A stretch of DNA of 64,000 nt from Eukaryota sp. TZLM1-RC (lineage: Eukaryota; Protista; Metamonada: BaSk clade), in the NCBI GenBank assembly GCA_040285825.1, contig JAUPSS010000009.1, positions 1 to 64,000 of the forward strand, read 5' to 3'. Below the pieces are notes generated by a model. The model searched no databases. It saw only the letters and a list, made by a program, of their open reading frames with translations, and had not been told where the DNA came from. The first letter of the stretch is position 1. Each line of letters starts with the position of its first letter. A program made the position numbers and the translations under genes. Below are positions 22,962 to 35,500 of the stretch, in pieces.

Positions 22962-25900
22962 TAAGTGTCCTTTTTACACTGATGTGGAGGGACTGAGTTT
23001 TTGAGGAGTGAAGATTTTCTCCTTGATACCTTTTTCAGAAAAAGTTTATCTTTGAACCTTCATCAACCTCAGCTCTCTGCAGGTATTCCGGTCTTTCTCC
23101 ACCATTTACATATGCTTCCATCACTGCCAACATATTCAGCGCAGCATTTCTATTCCAGAAACTTTCGCATGATTTACACATGGTAAGCCCGTGACGAATA
23201 GACATCTCATGTCTCTTCCATGGCCTAGGATTTCTGCACCATCGGAATGTTTCATCTGTTTTCTCCGTCTTCTTATCGTTGAAACAACAGCAACTGGTTC
23301 GAAACTCATCAATCAAAAAGACTTTGTAACCAGCCTTTTTAATTAGAATTCGCAAATCTTTTCCTATGGTAGGTTCTTTGAATTTCATGTGTTTTCGTTA
23401 TTCCCAGTCTCCATTCCGATACTACTTGGCCTGGACCACCAATTACTGATTTGAATCTCTGTATCATCTTCGCCTCAGATCTTGTGCGATTGATCTGTGC
23501 CCACCATCTTAGTTTCCTAAATATTTTTTGATGATAGACTTCACCAACAATACTATTCACAAAGTTCTTTTGTTTGATATATGCCATAAATCTATCAAAC
23601 CTGCAGCTTTTAGAATTGAATTGGGATAAAGTTGCTTCCCATTCTGCTACAGATTTAGTTTTTTGTTCATTATTTCTCAAATTGAATGAGTAATCAATTT
23701 CGTGGGGAATATTGATTTCTTGAGGTACTTCACCTCTTAGTAAACTAATTGTTCTTTCAGTCATTTGATTAATTATACTGCTGCTTAAATCTATCCTTTG
23801 TTGTTGCTCTTCAGATTGTTCATAATTAGATAGATCAATCACTCTACCATCAGAGTTACTTATTGTGATCAGAGTGTCATTCCGTATGATGTCTCTTATT
23901 CTTTGGAATTTGGAACTTTTCGACTCAAATCTTCGTTGGTTTTGAGTGTACCTGAAATGAACATATTTATCTATCTCAGGTTTCTTCGAATGAGTCATTC
24001 CAGTAGCTAAATTGGCAGAAAAATGGAGTAGATCAGATTTTCCTGGATCAGCAGCAGCAAGTGTCATATCTTGGAATTCAGAAGGATTGATGCTGGGGTC
24101 ATCAATATATTTTTCCTATTCTTTCAATTCTTTTGCTGTTACTTTGTACTTTTTCAAGTCCATTCTAGATGGAATGAAACTTACTGCTATTGAATCAGTC
24201 TCAATACTAGACATGATGTACTTGGAATTTTCTCAATACAGTTTAGTGTTTTTTAGCTTATCCATTTTCAAAAAGGTATTCCATAAAACCGAATCAGCAG
24301 CTTATTTATAGCATTGGTAGGAGGACTTTTAACCATGAATGTCCTTGAATTGGACAAAGAACAAGTCCAATAAACTTGTCTTGTCAATTTTGATATACGA
24401 GGAAATACAAGAATTCTTCAAAGGCAGAGCATGAAAGAGTTTGCTCTCCTCTTCTTCTAAATAATGATAAACATAAAACATTGTGCTCCAATACAGTTAA
24501 TCCTCCAGTTGAATTACTCGCTGCACGTCTGATTGCTTTAGTAAAGCCTGGAAACGGAATCAAACCTGATGGAATACGCCTAATTGCTGTTGGTGAATCT
24601 CTTTCTCGTTTGCTAGCATCAATTGTCTTCGATCGTGTCAAAGACAAAGCTTCTACATTTTTGAATCCTCATCAATTTGGAATCAAAACAATTGATGGTG
24701 CTTCTGTTGCTGCTATTGCCTCTGATACCTTTTTTTAATGCAGCGGAAAATAATTTTATTTTTAATCTCGACTTTAAAAATGCTTTCAATTCTGTAAAGC
24801 GAGAAGCAATTTTTGAAGTTATTAAATCTGATTTTCCTGTGCTATCGAGTTTTTTCTATCATTTTTATGGGAAAGAATCAGATTTAATTTTTAATTCATT
24901 TTTTCTTAAATCATCTTCTGGAGTGAAGCAGGGAGATCCTATAGGCCCATTAGTGTTTTGTTTAGCTATTCACAAAACTTTAAATATCATTAAGCAAAAA
25001 TACCCATCTATAAAAATAGTTGCTTATATGGATGATATATCCTTGATTGGTTCATTTGATTTACTAGAATCGGTTGCTCAAGAAATTGCCGATTCATATG
25101 AAAATATTGGGCTTCATCTTAATGCGAGCAAATGCCTTCTGATTGGCTCTTCTGCTCAAGATCTCGTGATAAACGATTCTATTGTCCCTTTTACTAATTA
25201 TAGTAGTGATGCTTTTAATTTCCTTGGTTGTTGGTTAGGAAACGTGCCTCAAATTCAGAATGAATTACAAGTTATTTTGGAAAAAATGAAAATTGAACTT
25301 GATTCAATTTCTTCTTTAGATATAGAAAAACATATTAAATTTTTTATGCTTAAAATTTGCTACACTGGGAGAATAACCCACATTTTGAGATCTTGTACTC
25401 CTTCCATAGCATTAGATTTTTGTCGTTCTTTTGATTCATTGAGAACAGAATTTTTTGCTGATTTAATGGATGTAGAACCAGGAATGTTGAAAAGCCGTTT
25501 ATTTTCTTCAGCAAATTTGGGTGGTATTGGATTTACTAAATCTTCAATTTTGTGTCAATCGGCATTCTTGGGTGGTGGCAAAAATTTTATTTATGAATTT
25601 TCTCGTAGATTTCCTGATGATTCTCATCTGTTAGTTCCCAATTGCAGTCCTTATTTGTATGAGTTATCTTGTGAACTTGAAAAATTGCCGCCACAAATTT
25701 GGACCAAATGTTTTCCTCAATCAATTCAAGAAATTCCAAACCGATCTCTTTTTAATTTACAGTTTTGCTGTAAAAAGCTTCAACAAAAATTGTCAAAGAT
25801 TTTTGAAAGCTTGGATTTTGATGTTAGACTTGGCTTGGCCAAGAAAAAGAATCCCGCTTTTGCAAATCTTTTACAAGATATGTGTGACAGTACTTCTTCT

Positions 25901-27430
25901 GCCTTAATAACAACAATTCCTCAAGTTTATGGTACTCTCTTAACCGATTCTGCTTGGACTCTGAATATGAGATTTCGTTTCTTTATCTGGCCTGATAATT
26001 TACCTCATAATTTAATTTGTAAATGTTCTCGAGAAATTACAACTACTCATTTGTTAAATTGTAAACATTTTATTACTTTTAGAAGCAAGGTTCATGATGC
26101 TGTAAGAGACCAGTTATATTGTATGTGTAAATCTCATAGAATTGAATCCTTCTTGGAACCTCTCTTGTCAAATCTGTTTGATGCTGAAGATGATTTTCAT
26201 AAGAATAATAGAGGTGATGTTATATTACCTGGATTAGATGGAAGTTTCATTTTATTGGATGTAATGTCTGTTGATCCTTGTAATGCCTCAAATGAAAGGC
26301 TTGTTAATTCTGAAATTCATAATCTTCTTTCAAATGCTGAAAATTTCAAACTCAAAAAATACAATGAACCTTTGTCCAAATTGGCCAGTCTACAGCATGC
26401 AAAATACAATTCGTATTCATTTGTATTTTCCCATTTTGGTTCACTTGCACCAACTGCTTTACGTTTTTTGGATGATTTTGAATTGATTGTAAAGAGACGA
26501 ACTGGGAGAAATTTCAACAGATTGTTTTGGCAAAATAGAATTGCGTTTTCTATTTTTAAGGGGATGTTGAAGATGGTTTCTGATGCTTTGCTGGCTCTTG
26601 GTTCTCACTATGAGAGAGTTATATCTAGTGTTTTTGTTTTGGGAGAGATGGATTTTTTAGATGTTGATTGATAGGTTTTGAATAAAATTAAAATTAAATA
26701 AAAAAATGCCCTCAAATATAAATTTGATTTTGATGAAAAATCAAGTTTTGAATATTATTCCCTTTTAGAATTATTGGGAAGTAAAAGAGGGATCCGGTCA
26801 TTAATGAAAAGCGAAGTAATTGATGAGACTTTGTTTCTCAATGCAGAAGTTTCACCATCAATATCTCTACATCCTTCTAGAAGGAGAGATTTAACTTTGT
26901 TGATGAACGATGGGGAATTTTTCTTATCTTGTTTGTTCAGGACAATGTTGTTTCTCTTACCATCATAAAAACGTCGACACACACATCCAAGTAATGAAAT
27001 TTTTGAAATTCACAATCAGTTTGTCAATTATGTAAAATAAAACATTACTGATTCCTTATTTTGATAAAATTTTTTGGAAAAAGTTTTTCTTTAAACTGTT
27101 GGTGATAGAATTCCAACAATGGCGCACATAGAGAATTTTGCAAAGCTGTTTTTGTCTTTGCAATGAAGAAAACATTCTTCCTCACTTTGAGACGTGACCA
27201 CAAGAAAAGTGTCACGAAAAAACTGCCTTTCAATTTTTGGTAACATATCATTCGGGTTTTGGTCAAAAAGTTGCGAATGATAACCACAAATGAATTCTAA
27301 ACCAACAATAGAAATATCTTGGCACCTAATTACTGTATCATCGATCACATCAAGCCTTTTCGGATCTCTGATGACATTTTTTAGACTGTCTTTATAATCA
27401 ACTTGAGATACTGAAAAAAGGGTGAATGGG
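22962..27430 (-). mobile_element. Near full-length Fanzor1 element, family A copy 1 (~720 codons, decayed), split by a CRE retrotransposon at 24484-26697
   Basis: N-terminal IKDSLKNVIRD...VIRCQDI...LPKI (27420-26710). Reading resumes after the insert with YLRA/MFYVYHYLEEEESKLFHALPL...IETDS...YIDD...ADPGKSDLL...FRKLRWW...KEPT...IDEFRTSCCC...NPRPW...HGLTMC..C..FWNRN...ERPEYLQR. Right end ...AAAAAGGACACTTA. Confidence 0.88.
24484..26697 (+). mobile_element. CRE-clade non-LTR retrotransposon, family G (RT + CCHC + RLE), 5'-truncated, one frameshift near 24735
   Basis: ARLIALVKPG...IRLIAVGE, LDFKNAFNS, GVKQGDP, YMDD, FLG, CKC...HLLNC...HDAVRD, RGD...DV...KKY. Degenerate 11-bp TSD ATAAAACATTG (24473-24483) / ATAAAAAAATG (26698-26708). 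Confidence 0.93.
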
Positions 27431-27519
27431 TGTTGCGAATTTGAAAATTAGCACTTGCGTTGCAAATCACGGTAGTTTGATAATTTCAATCATTTTTTTG
27501 GTATTTTTTATTATACATA

Positions 27520-28200
27520 TTTTATTCAAACAAAATTGTAAAAAACTACAAATCAATCTCCTCAAACTCCACATTTACTATTGAAAATTTACCTACAGCA
27601 TTTTCTTCAAAAAAAATTCCTAGTGATAACAACGAGCTAGAAACAAGGCTATACATTCCTTTAAAAATAGAAAATACAATTCTATTTTGCCAAAATGCTC
27701 GATCAAATATTCTTCCATTTCTGTTTTTGACAATAGATGAGAAATCATTTATAAAAGATAACGCAGTTTTACCCAAGGTTCCAAATAAGGAAAAAGCAAA
27801 AGGACAAAGAATGTATTGAGTATGTGAGTTGGAATTCAGATTATTGATTTTTTCAGCACATTTGATAAGTTTCCCTTCTTCAGCTCTACGTAAAGGTGAA
27901 TTAAAAGATGGTGTCAATTTTTCATTTGAGCTGTTTGATACATCAGTAGATCTTATGTCAATAATGATCATTGCTCCATTAGGACCGGGAACTAACACAT
28001 CACCGCAGCTATCACCAAAAGAATATCTGTCAGCTTCATCAGCCAAATTTGAAAGCAAAGGTTCTAAACAGGATTCGATCTTGTAAGACTTAAACATACA
28101 ATAGAGCTGATTTCGGACTGCACCATGCACTTTTGATTTAAAAGTAATAAAACGATTACAATTATTTAAATGGGTTAAAAGTGACAGGCTTTCCACATTG
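27520..28200 (-). mobile_element. CRE-like retrotransposon 3' fragment (RLE), family H
   Basis: HLNNC...KVHGAVRNQL...GDVL...IDIRS...PFAFSLFGTLG. AATAAA follows the stop codon. Confidence 0.85.
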
Positions 28201-28344
28201 ACAAACTAAACCATGGGTTGGTCATTGTTAAAGAAATTAAATAATTTCATAGTTAGATTGTATCCCTCAAACAATAAACTGTAACTGCAGTTCTTTTTTT
28301 GGAATATCTTCTTGAACCTTCCAATACTTTGCAATATACTGAGG

Positions 28345-28526
28345 ATCAGTTTAATTGTAAACATTTTATCACTTTTAGAAGCAAGGTTCACGATGCTGTA
28401 AGAGACCAATTATATTGTATGTGTAAGTCTTCTAGAATTGAATCTTTTTGGAACCTCTGTTGTCAAATCTGTTTGATGCTGAAGATGATTTTCATAGGAA
28501 TAATAGAGGTAATGTAATATTACCTG
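28345..28526 (+). mobile_element. Short family-G retrotransposon fragment
   Basis: NCKHFITFRSKVHDAVRDQLYCMCKS matches 26050-26230. Confidence 0.85.
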
Positions 28527-28815
28527 TTACTGTGAATTTCTATAAATACACATTGCTGGCTTTTTGACCAATTCATGCAATCTTCATAGACGTTAAGCTT
28601 TCTTTAGTTCTATCACTATATGATATCACGATCAAACAATAGTTAAAGCAGCAACATCAGAATACCCGTACAGGTACGCAATACATAAAAAAACAGTCTC
28701 CGAAACGCCTCAGGTCTTTCATTGTGGTAGTGCACATTTGTGGCAATTTCCAGCTGGTTTTTGGAGGCTGAGATGTCTCTCAAACCATAGTGTCTGAAAG
28801 TGAGGGCAAACAATT
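28527..28815 (-). mobile_element. Fanzor 3'-end fragment, family B (RuvC-III tail + ~170-nt putative omegaRNA)
   Basis: RDISASKNQLEIATNVHYHNERPEAFRR, then non-coding sequence closely matching 52060-52228. Confidence 0.85.
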
Positions 28816-29522
28816 TGAGAAACAATGATCACACGACTAAATCTGTAGCAGAATGGGAAGCAACATTATCCCAATTCAATTCCAAAAGCTGCAGGTTTGA
28901 TAGATTTATGCAGTATATTAAACAAAAGAATTATGTGAATAGTATTGTTGGTGAAGTCTATCATCAAAAAATATTTAGGAAACTAAGATGGTGGGCTGAG
29001 ATTAATCGCACAAGATCTGAGGCGAAGATGATACAGAGATTCAAATCAGTAATTGGTGATCCCAGCCCAGTACTTATCGGAATCGGAGACTGGGAACAAC
29101 GAAAACACATGAAATTCAAAGAACCTACCAAAGGAAAAGGTTTGAGAACTCTATATAAGAAGGCTGGTTATAAGATCTTTTTGATTGATGAGTTTCGAAC
29201 CAGTTGCTGTTGTTTCAACTGTAGGAAAGCGGAGAAGACAGTTGAAACATTCCGGTGGTGCAGAAATCCTAGGCCATGGGAGAGGCATGAGATGTCTATT
29301 CGTCATGGGCTAACCATGTGTAATTCATGCGAAAGTTTCTGGAATAGAAATGCTTCGCTGAATATGTTGGCAGTGATGGAAGCACATCTAAATGGTGAAG
29401 ATGGAGCAGGATACCTACAGAGAGCCAAGGTTGACAAAGTTTCAAAGAAAAAGGCATCAAGAAGAAAATCTTCCATTTCTCAAAAACTCAGTCCCTCTAC
29501 ATTAGTTTAAAAAGGACACTTA
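28811..29522 (+). mobile_element. Fanzor1 3' half, family A copy 2 (open reading frame of ~236 codons + right end)
   Basis: WEATLSQFNSK...FRKLRWW...IGIGDW...KEPTKGKGLR...IDEFRTSCCC...NPRPW...FWNRNAS. Ends AAAAAGGACACTTA, as does copy 1. Confidence 0.9.
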
Positions 29523-29540
29523 TAGACAATTTCTGTTTCA

Positions 29541-32500
29541 ATGACTGACACAGTTCTTCTCCTTTTGCTTGTTGTCAGTGTGCTATGTACACCCAGGTTT
29601 TTCTACCAATTTGATGGTGGATCAGCCCAAGTATGTGATGAATCTGGAGATATGGTCAATCTTCCAATCACAACATTACCCTTTGATATCAGAACTTCTT
29701 CTGTTTCTCGAGAAGGTCTGTTTTCTCACCATCCTTCTTCATCTACCATTCGATGGTATAACAACCACGACATTGAGTTGGATCAATTTGAAGGAGTTTC
29801 CTACAGCATTATATCCCTATGTCTTCCCTTAGCTATTGTTCAGCAATCAGACTGCCCCACATGTACCTATTCTGTAGCTTGGTTAGACCTCCCATCCCCT
29901 ACTATTCTATCTTTAACTGAACTCTCCATCACTGATCTACCTTCTTCTTGTATTTCCCATGTCACTCCTCGCGTTGCCTATTGGAATCCGGACTTTACTG
30001 CCACCAGATGGTCCCTTGTCGTTGCTACAGACTCCGTCATTTCCCTTCATTATGTAGATCATCGAGACGTTACTGGTTCTTTTAATGTGGTTGATGAAAA
30101 GGAATTTCCCTTTGAATCTAGTCATGTCCCTAAGCTTTATTCTGTGTTCTATGACCAAGATTCTCTGAAAGTATTGCTTTCATTCGGCAATATTGTTCAA
30201 TTACTAGACTTTATGGATCTTGATTACCAATCATTTGATTTTGATGTTCAATCAAATTTAATTGGTGCTGCCTGTGACCTTGATTCTAACTTTGACTCTT
30301 CCGGGTGTTTTGTTTCCTTTTCGTCTGATTCTTCAACCAATACTTATTTCCTAAATACTACCACCTTTGAAACTGACCAAATTATCAACATTTTTTCCGC
30401 ATCAACGTTTTTCACTTTATATCCTGCCTTAACTTACATTAAAAGCTTTCCTTCTGCTGTTTCTGATATAGGGGAAACTGTGTTTGTAACTGGGTCAGTC
30501 AAGGAAAGTCATGAAGTTTTGATTGAACTACAGGACCATTTAGGTAAGGTTTTGAAGACTTTTTCCCGTGTTGTGGTGGATTATAATTCATTTCAAATTC
30601 CTGAAATTCCAGAAGAAATGATTGAGGAAGGTTTTTTGGGAGGAAATTCTTTTACTACTACTTTCTCTATAGGAAACTATGATATTAAGGGACCATCAAT
30701 TTTGATTGCTCCTAAAATAACTGGTATCGAACAATCTGACCGTCATCATACCTTTGGGGGGTCAGTTATCGACATCTACGGTCAAGGTTTCCGTCCACAA
30801 CGCCCTGCTGAAGAACTTTATGTTTTTGCTTTCCTTGATGGTCTTCGCGACTGTACCTTCACCAGATACATTTCATTTGAACAAATCACTTGCACAGTAC
30901 CTGAAGGGTATGGAGGGCCTTGGAATGTGGCAGTTAGAATTGGTCAAGCAGTTTCCAATACTTCAAGCGAATTCCAGGTCCTTTATGAACCTCCAATCAT
31001 TACCTCTTTTTCGCCTACAGTCTCCCAGACTCAAGGTGGTATTTACATGGATATTTACGGTTTAAACTTTGGTTCAAGTTCAGCTCCCAGAACTGCTTTT
31101 ATTGGTCCTTTTCCCTGCGATGTCACTAGATTTGTTTCTCATACTCGACTTCGTTGTTTGTCTAGCACTGGAGCAGGTAAAGATTTAGTAGTAAGTGTTG
31201 ATGTGGGTAATGTAACTTCAGAGTATTCAATGGATGAAGATTTATTCTTTTCTTTTGTTGAACCTTCAGTCATTTTTGTTTCAAGAAAGATTTTGGCCTA
31301 TGATGGTGGCTCTGTAATTCAAATTTCGGGCTCAAATTTTGGTGATGATCCCAAGTTTTTGAATATTATGATTGGTGATCAATTCCCATGCATCAACCCT
31401 ACTTTCACTCACCACCACTATGCTTTTAGTTGTACCACAACACCAGGTTCTGGTATTGATCTTGATATTACCATTGATGTTCAGGGTCAGGGAGTACGAT
31501 TTCCTGCGGATTTGAGATATGAAAGGCCAGTTGTTTATGAAATTGTTCCTACGGAGTCCACCTATAACCCATCAAACACTATAGAAATTATTGGTAGGAA
31601 TTTTGGACATTTGCATTCCGAAATTTTGGTATTGTTTGGTGATAAATCTGCTGAATATGAGAGGATATCTGACAACAAGTTAATTGCAACTGTTCCTTGG
31701 TTAGCTTCTCCCGAAATTTTTGTCGTTGTGGAGACTGACAAGCAGAGATCATCCAGAAATATCACTTTCTCTACACCTCCACCTGAAATTCATGAAGTGT
31801 CTACTTTGACATTGCCAACCAATGGTGGTAATATAACAATTCATGGTTATAATTTATTTGGTGATTCAATTGAATTAAGTTTAGATGAAGAACTTATTTA
31901 TCCTGTTGAAAATTACTTTTACATTGAAAATGAAATGGATGTTTTAACATTCGAAATCCATGAAGGTGTTGGCAATGATTTAGAACTGTTTTTAACCGTT
32001 TCTTCAAGAATCGCCAAGACTTTCTCTCCTCTTCCAGAAGTTTTGTTATTCTCGTACGAGCCTCCAGTAATTACCATGGTAGAACCTTTGTCTGGTAGTC
32101 CAGATTTTGTCTCAGTTGAAATAGATGGTTTAAACTTTGGAATTGATCTTGCTGCAACTCCTTCAGATTTTGTTTCTGTCAAGATTGGTGATTTTGGTCA
32201 CTGTCAGACTGTTTCCTTTTCTGGCAGTAGGATTGTCTGTGATTATGTCGAAGGTGGGGGTAAATATCTTCCAATCATTGTTACAGTTGCCGGTCAAGAT
32301 TCTGATCCTTTCTCGTCAACTTTTTCTTTTGACAACCCAATTGTTACTAGTGTCAACCCTCAAATTGTTGGTACTGATGGCACTCAACAAATTTCACTTT
32401 TTGGAACTAATTTTGGCCATCTAGACACTGAATTTATCATTGAATTACGTTCTTTCGATAATCATTTCCCGCAAGATCCAATCAGTTGTTTCAATCACAG

Positions 32501-35500
32501 AAGGTGGAGTTTTGGCGAAATCTCGTGCTTTTTTGAGCCTTCTGTTGGCACAAATTTCAGACCATTCGTCAAAGTTGAAGGGCTTTCTAATGAAGAAACT
32601 ATTCAAGAACATCCCGAAACTTTAATTTCATTTGAATTACCAGTAATTAACTCAGTTTCTCCCAATATTGGACCAACAGCTGGAATTGATTTGACTATTA
32701 CTGGTTCTAATTTGGGAAATGACAAGTCTTTTGTGATTGTAAACGTGGGTGAATTCCCTTGCGATGTAACCAAGCTCTCTTCATCTGAATTAACATGTAC
32801 TCTTTCGCCTGGCCATGGAGATTCCCTTTTACTTTCTGTATCAGTTGCTGGACAAGAAGCACTTAGTCCACGTCAGTTATTTTATTCTTATTTTACCCCT
32901 GTAGTTGCGGAATTTTACCCTAAAGAAGTCGTTACAGAAGGAGAAGAAATTACTTTTGTGGGTAGCAATTTTGGTCAATTTCCACAATTAGTCGACATTT
33001 CTTTTGTTGGAATTGATTCAAAGGCCCGTGAATTTAGAATCCCCTGTTCAGTTCAGAATGTCGAAGATTCATTATTAACTTGTATTTTGGAACCCGGAAT
33101 TGGATTGTATTTAGTTCCAGAATTAGATTTTAATGGCCATTTAATTAAACTCTATAATGATACTTTATCATTCAAATTTCCTGTATTTGATTCTATTGAT
33201 GTCATTGGTTCTTTAAGTGCTTCAGGCAATCAAAATTTTATTCTTTTCGGTAGTAATTTTTCTCCAGGTTTTGAAAGATTTTATCATTTTTATATCGGAA
33301 ATATACCTGTTACTAATGTTGAAATCTCCTCTACATCGACTTTAACCATCACCACTCCTTCTTTAATTGGAGAATTTAATCTCGCTTTGGTTCTATTTGA
33401 TTATGTCATATTTGCTAATGATATTGTACTCAGTTTTGAACCTCCTGTTTTAGATTCAATCATCACTCCTATTGTGTCTCAAGGAAGTCATGTTTCACTT
33501 GAAATTTTAGGTGAAAATTTTCCCGATCCACAGCTCTTCTTTTCTGTGACTCACGCCAATTTAAAAGTATCAATTTCAAACAATTCTACTCAAATTAATT
33601 GTCTAAATCCCTTAATTAAATCCACTACTATCATAACTTGTATTATCGAAGACCATTATTTTATCAATCCTGATGATTTATTTGATTTGGAATTAATTTT
33701 GTTTAATTTTTCATTACTCCTACCGAATTGTTTAAGTTTCGAACCTCCAATTATTGACTCTTTATCCCAATATTTCGATACCTCTTCACGACATCTTTTT
33801 TTGGTAAATGGAGAAAATTTTGGAAATTGGGTACACAATGTGCAACTTCATTATGGTGATGATTCCCTTTGTTCAGATGTTACAATACACTCAAATTCTC
33901 TATTATCTTGTAAACCTAAAGAAGGTTTAGAATTGCCGAGTTATTTTACCCCCCAATTACGATTGAATTCATTTAATGCTGATATGGGAGGTCTTTTTAC
34001 TATTGTTTTGGATGATGAAGATGAACCTTCGCCTCTTAATTCCTTAACAATACCCGAATCGCTGCTTTTGTTTGACTTAAACGTCAATATTTTTGACTTT
34101 TATTGCATTTTTTCATCTCTTACCCCTGAAAATGTGACTTTTTCCTCCCAACTCACCCCACAATACCAGTCTCTTGGCTGTCAAACTCCTTCTGTTTCTG
34201 GCATTTATAATGTTGTTGTTACTGACTCTGCTTCTAGAAACGACTCGGATTCTGTAATTGAATGTCCAGTTGATATTGGAGTTTTTGACGTCTCATCAAT
34301 TGAACCTAATTTTCTATCAAATTCTGGAGGTAAATTGACTCTGTTGGGAAATGGGCTTGTTCCTGATGCTTTTCATACTTTAAGTGCCAAGGTTTACAGT
34401 GACGGTAATCATGTCGATGATTTACACCTCAAATCAATCAAAATAACGTCAACAACCTCTTTGGAGGTCGAGTTTCCTCCTTTTTCTTACACCTCTCTCA
34501 ATCAACCAATATTAAGAATTCAATTGAACGAACAAGATGGCCTTGATGTGGATTTGCCTATTCTGGATATTTTTAATCATTTACCAATTAAATCTCCAAA
34601 AACAGTTGATTCGTATATGGTTTTCAACACCACAGTTAGGTATTTGAATTATTTCTCTTCAGTAAATGCATACTTTCCCCCTCTTTTGAAGTACGAAATC
34701 AAATGTGAAAATGTTCAGGTTTCACTTTATAATACACTTGAATTGTTTCCAGAATTTGATTTTTCAATCTCAATTCCGTCTGAAGAAAGGTTGCAGTATT
34801 TCTGCCGTGATTATTCAAAGTTAAACCTTACCAGTGAACCAAATGTGATGTTGTCACTTTCATTGATCTCTTCCATAAACAACTTGCAAAATTTTTACAA
34901 TGTCAGTCGTTTCGAAGCAATAAGATTTTACCCAGACCAAGCACCCTCAACCGGAAATATTCCAATTACAATATTTGGAGATTTGGTCTATCCTTCTTTC
35001 TGTGATGGAACTTTTATAGAAGGTTGTCCTGTCTTATTCTTTGGCTACAACATTTCTGTACCCTTGGTTCCTGGAAATGAAACAGGGTCTTTATCTTGTA
35101 TTGTTCCTCCTTTATTTGATGTTTTCCCTGATTATGATTTACCAATTTTCTTTTCAAGTCCTTATATGGTTCCCTTGAGGGTTTCCTATTCCAATCTTTT
35201 TGAACAATCTTTTGAATTTGATCAATTATTCGAGTTTTTTGCTGATTTTCATGTTGATTCGGTATTTCCATTATCATCTGATCTCAAAGGTGGCGTTGAA
35301 GTCGTTTTTGAAGGAACTTCTTTAGGTTTAATTACTCCTAGCATTGTTTCCATTCAACTCTCAAATGAGGTCGTTGTCTCTGAATTCTCAGTAATTGATT
35401 CAAATTCTTTTTCCTTAACAACACCACCTTCTTTTTCCGTTGGTTTTCTTTCTAATATTATTGTTACAGTTAATGAGATTGTCATTTTGGATTTTTCATT

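Noticed and set aside
24725-24740. Programmed frameshift in family G (and near 63330 in family F)
   Set aside because: Both shifts fall within RT-region coding sequence at homopolymers; mutation or sequencing error is more likely.
29519-29540. Resemblance of TTATAGACAATTTCTGT to the trypanosomatid spliced leader
   Set aside because: The match is short and AT-rich. It is absent upstream of the other genes, and the cis-intron-rich gene structure is not kinetoplastid-like.
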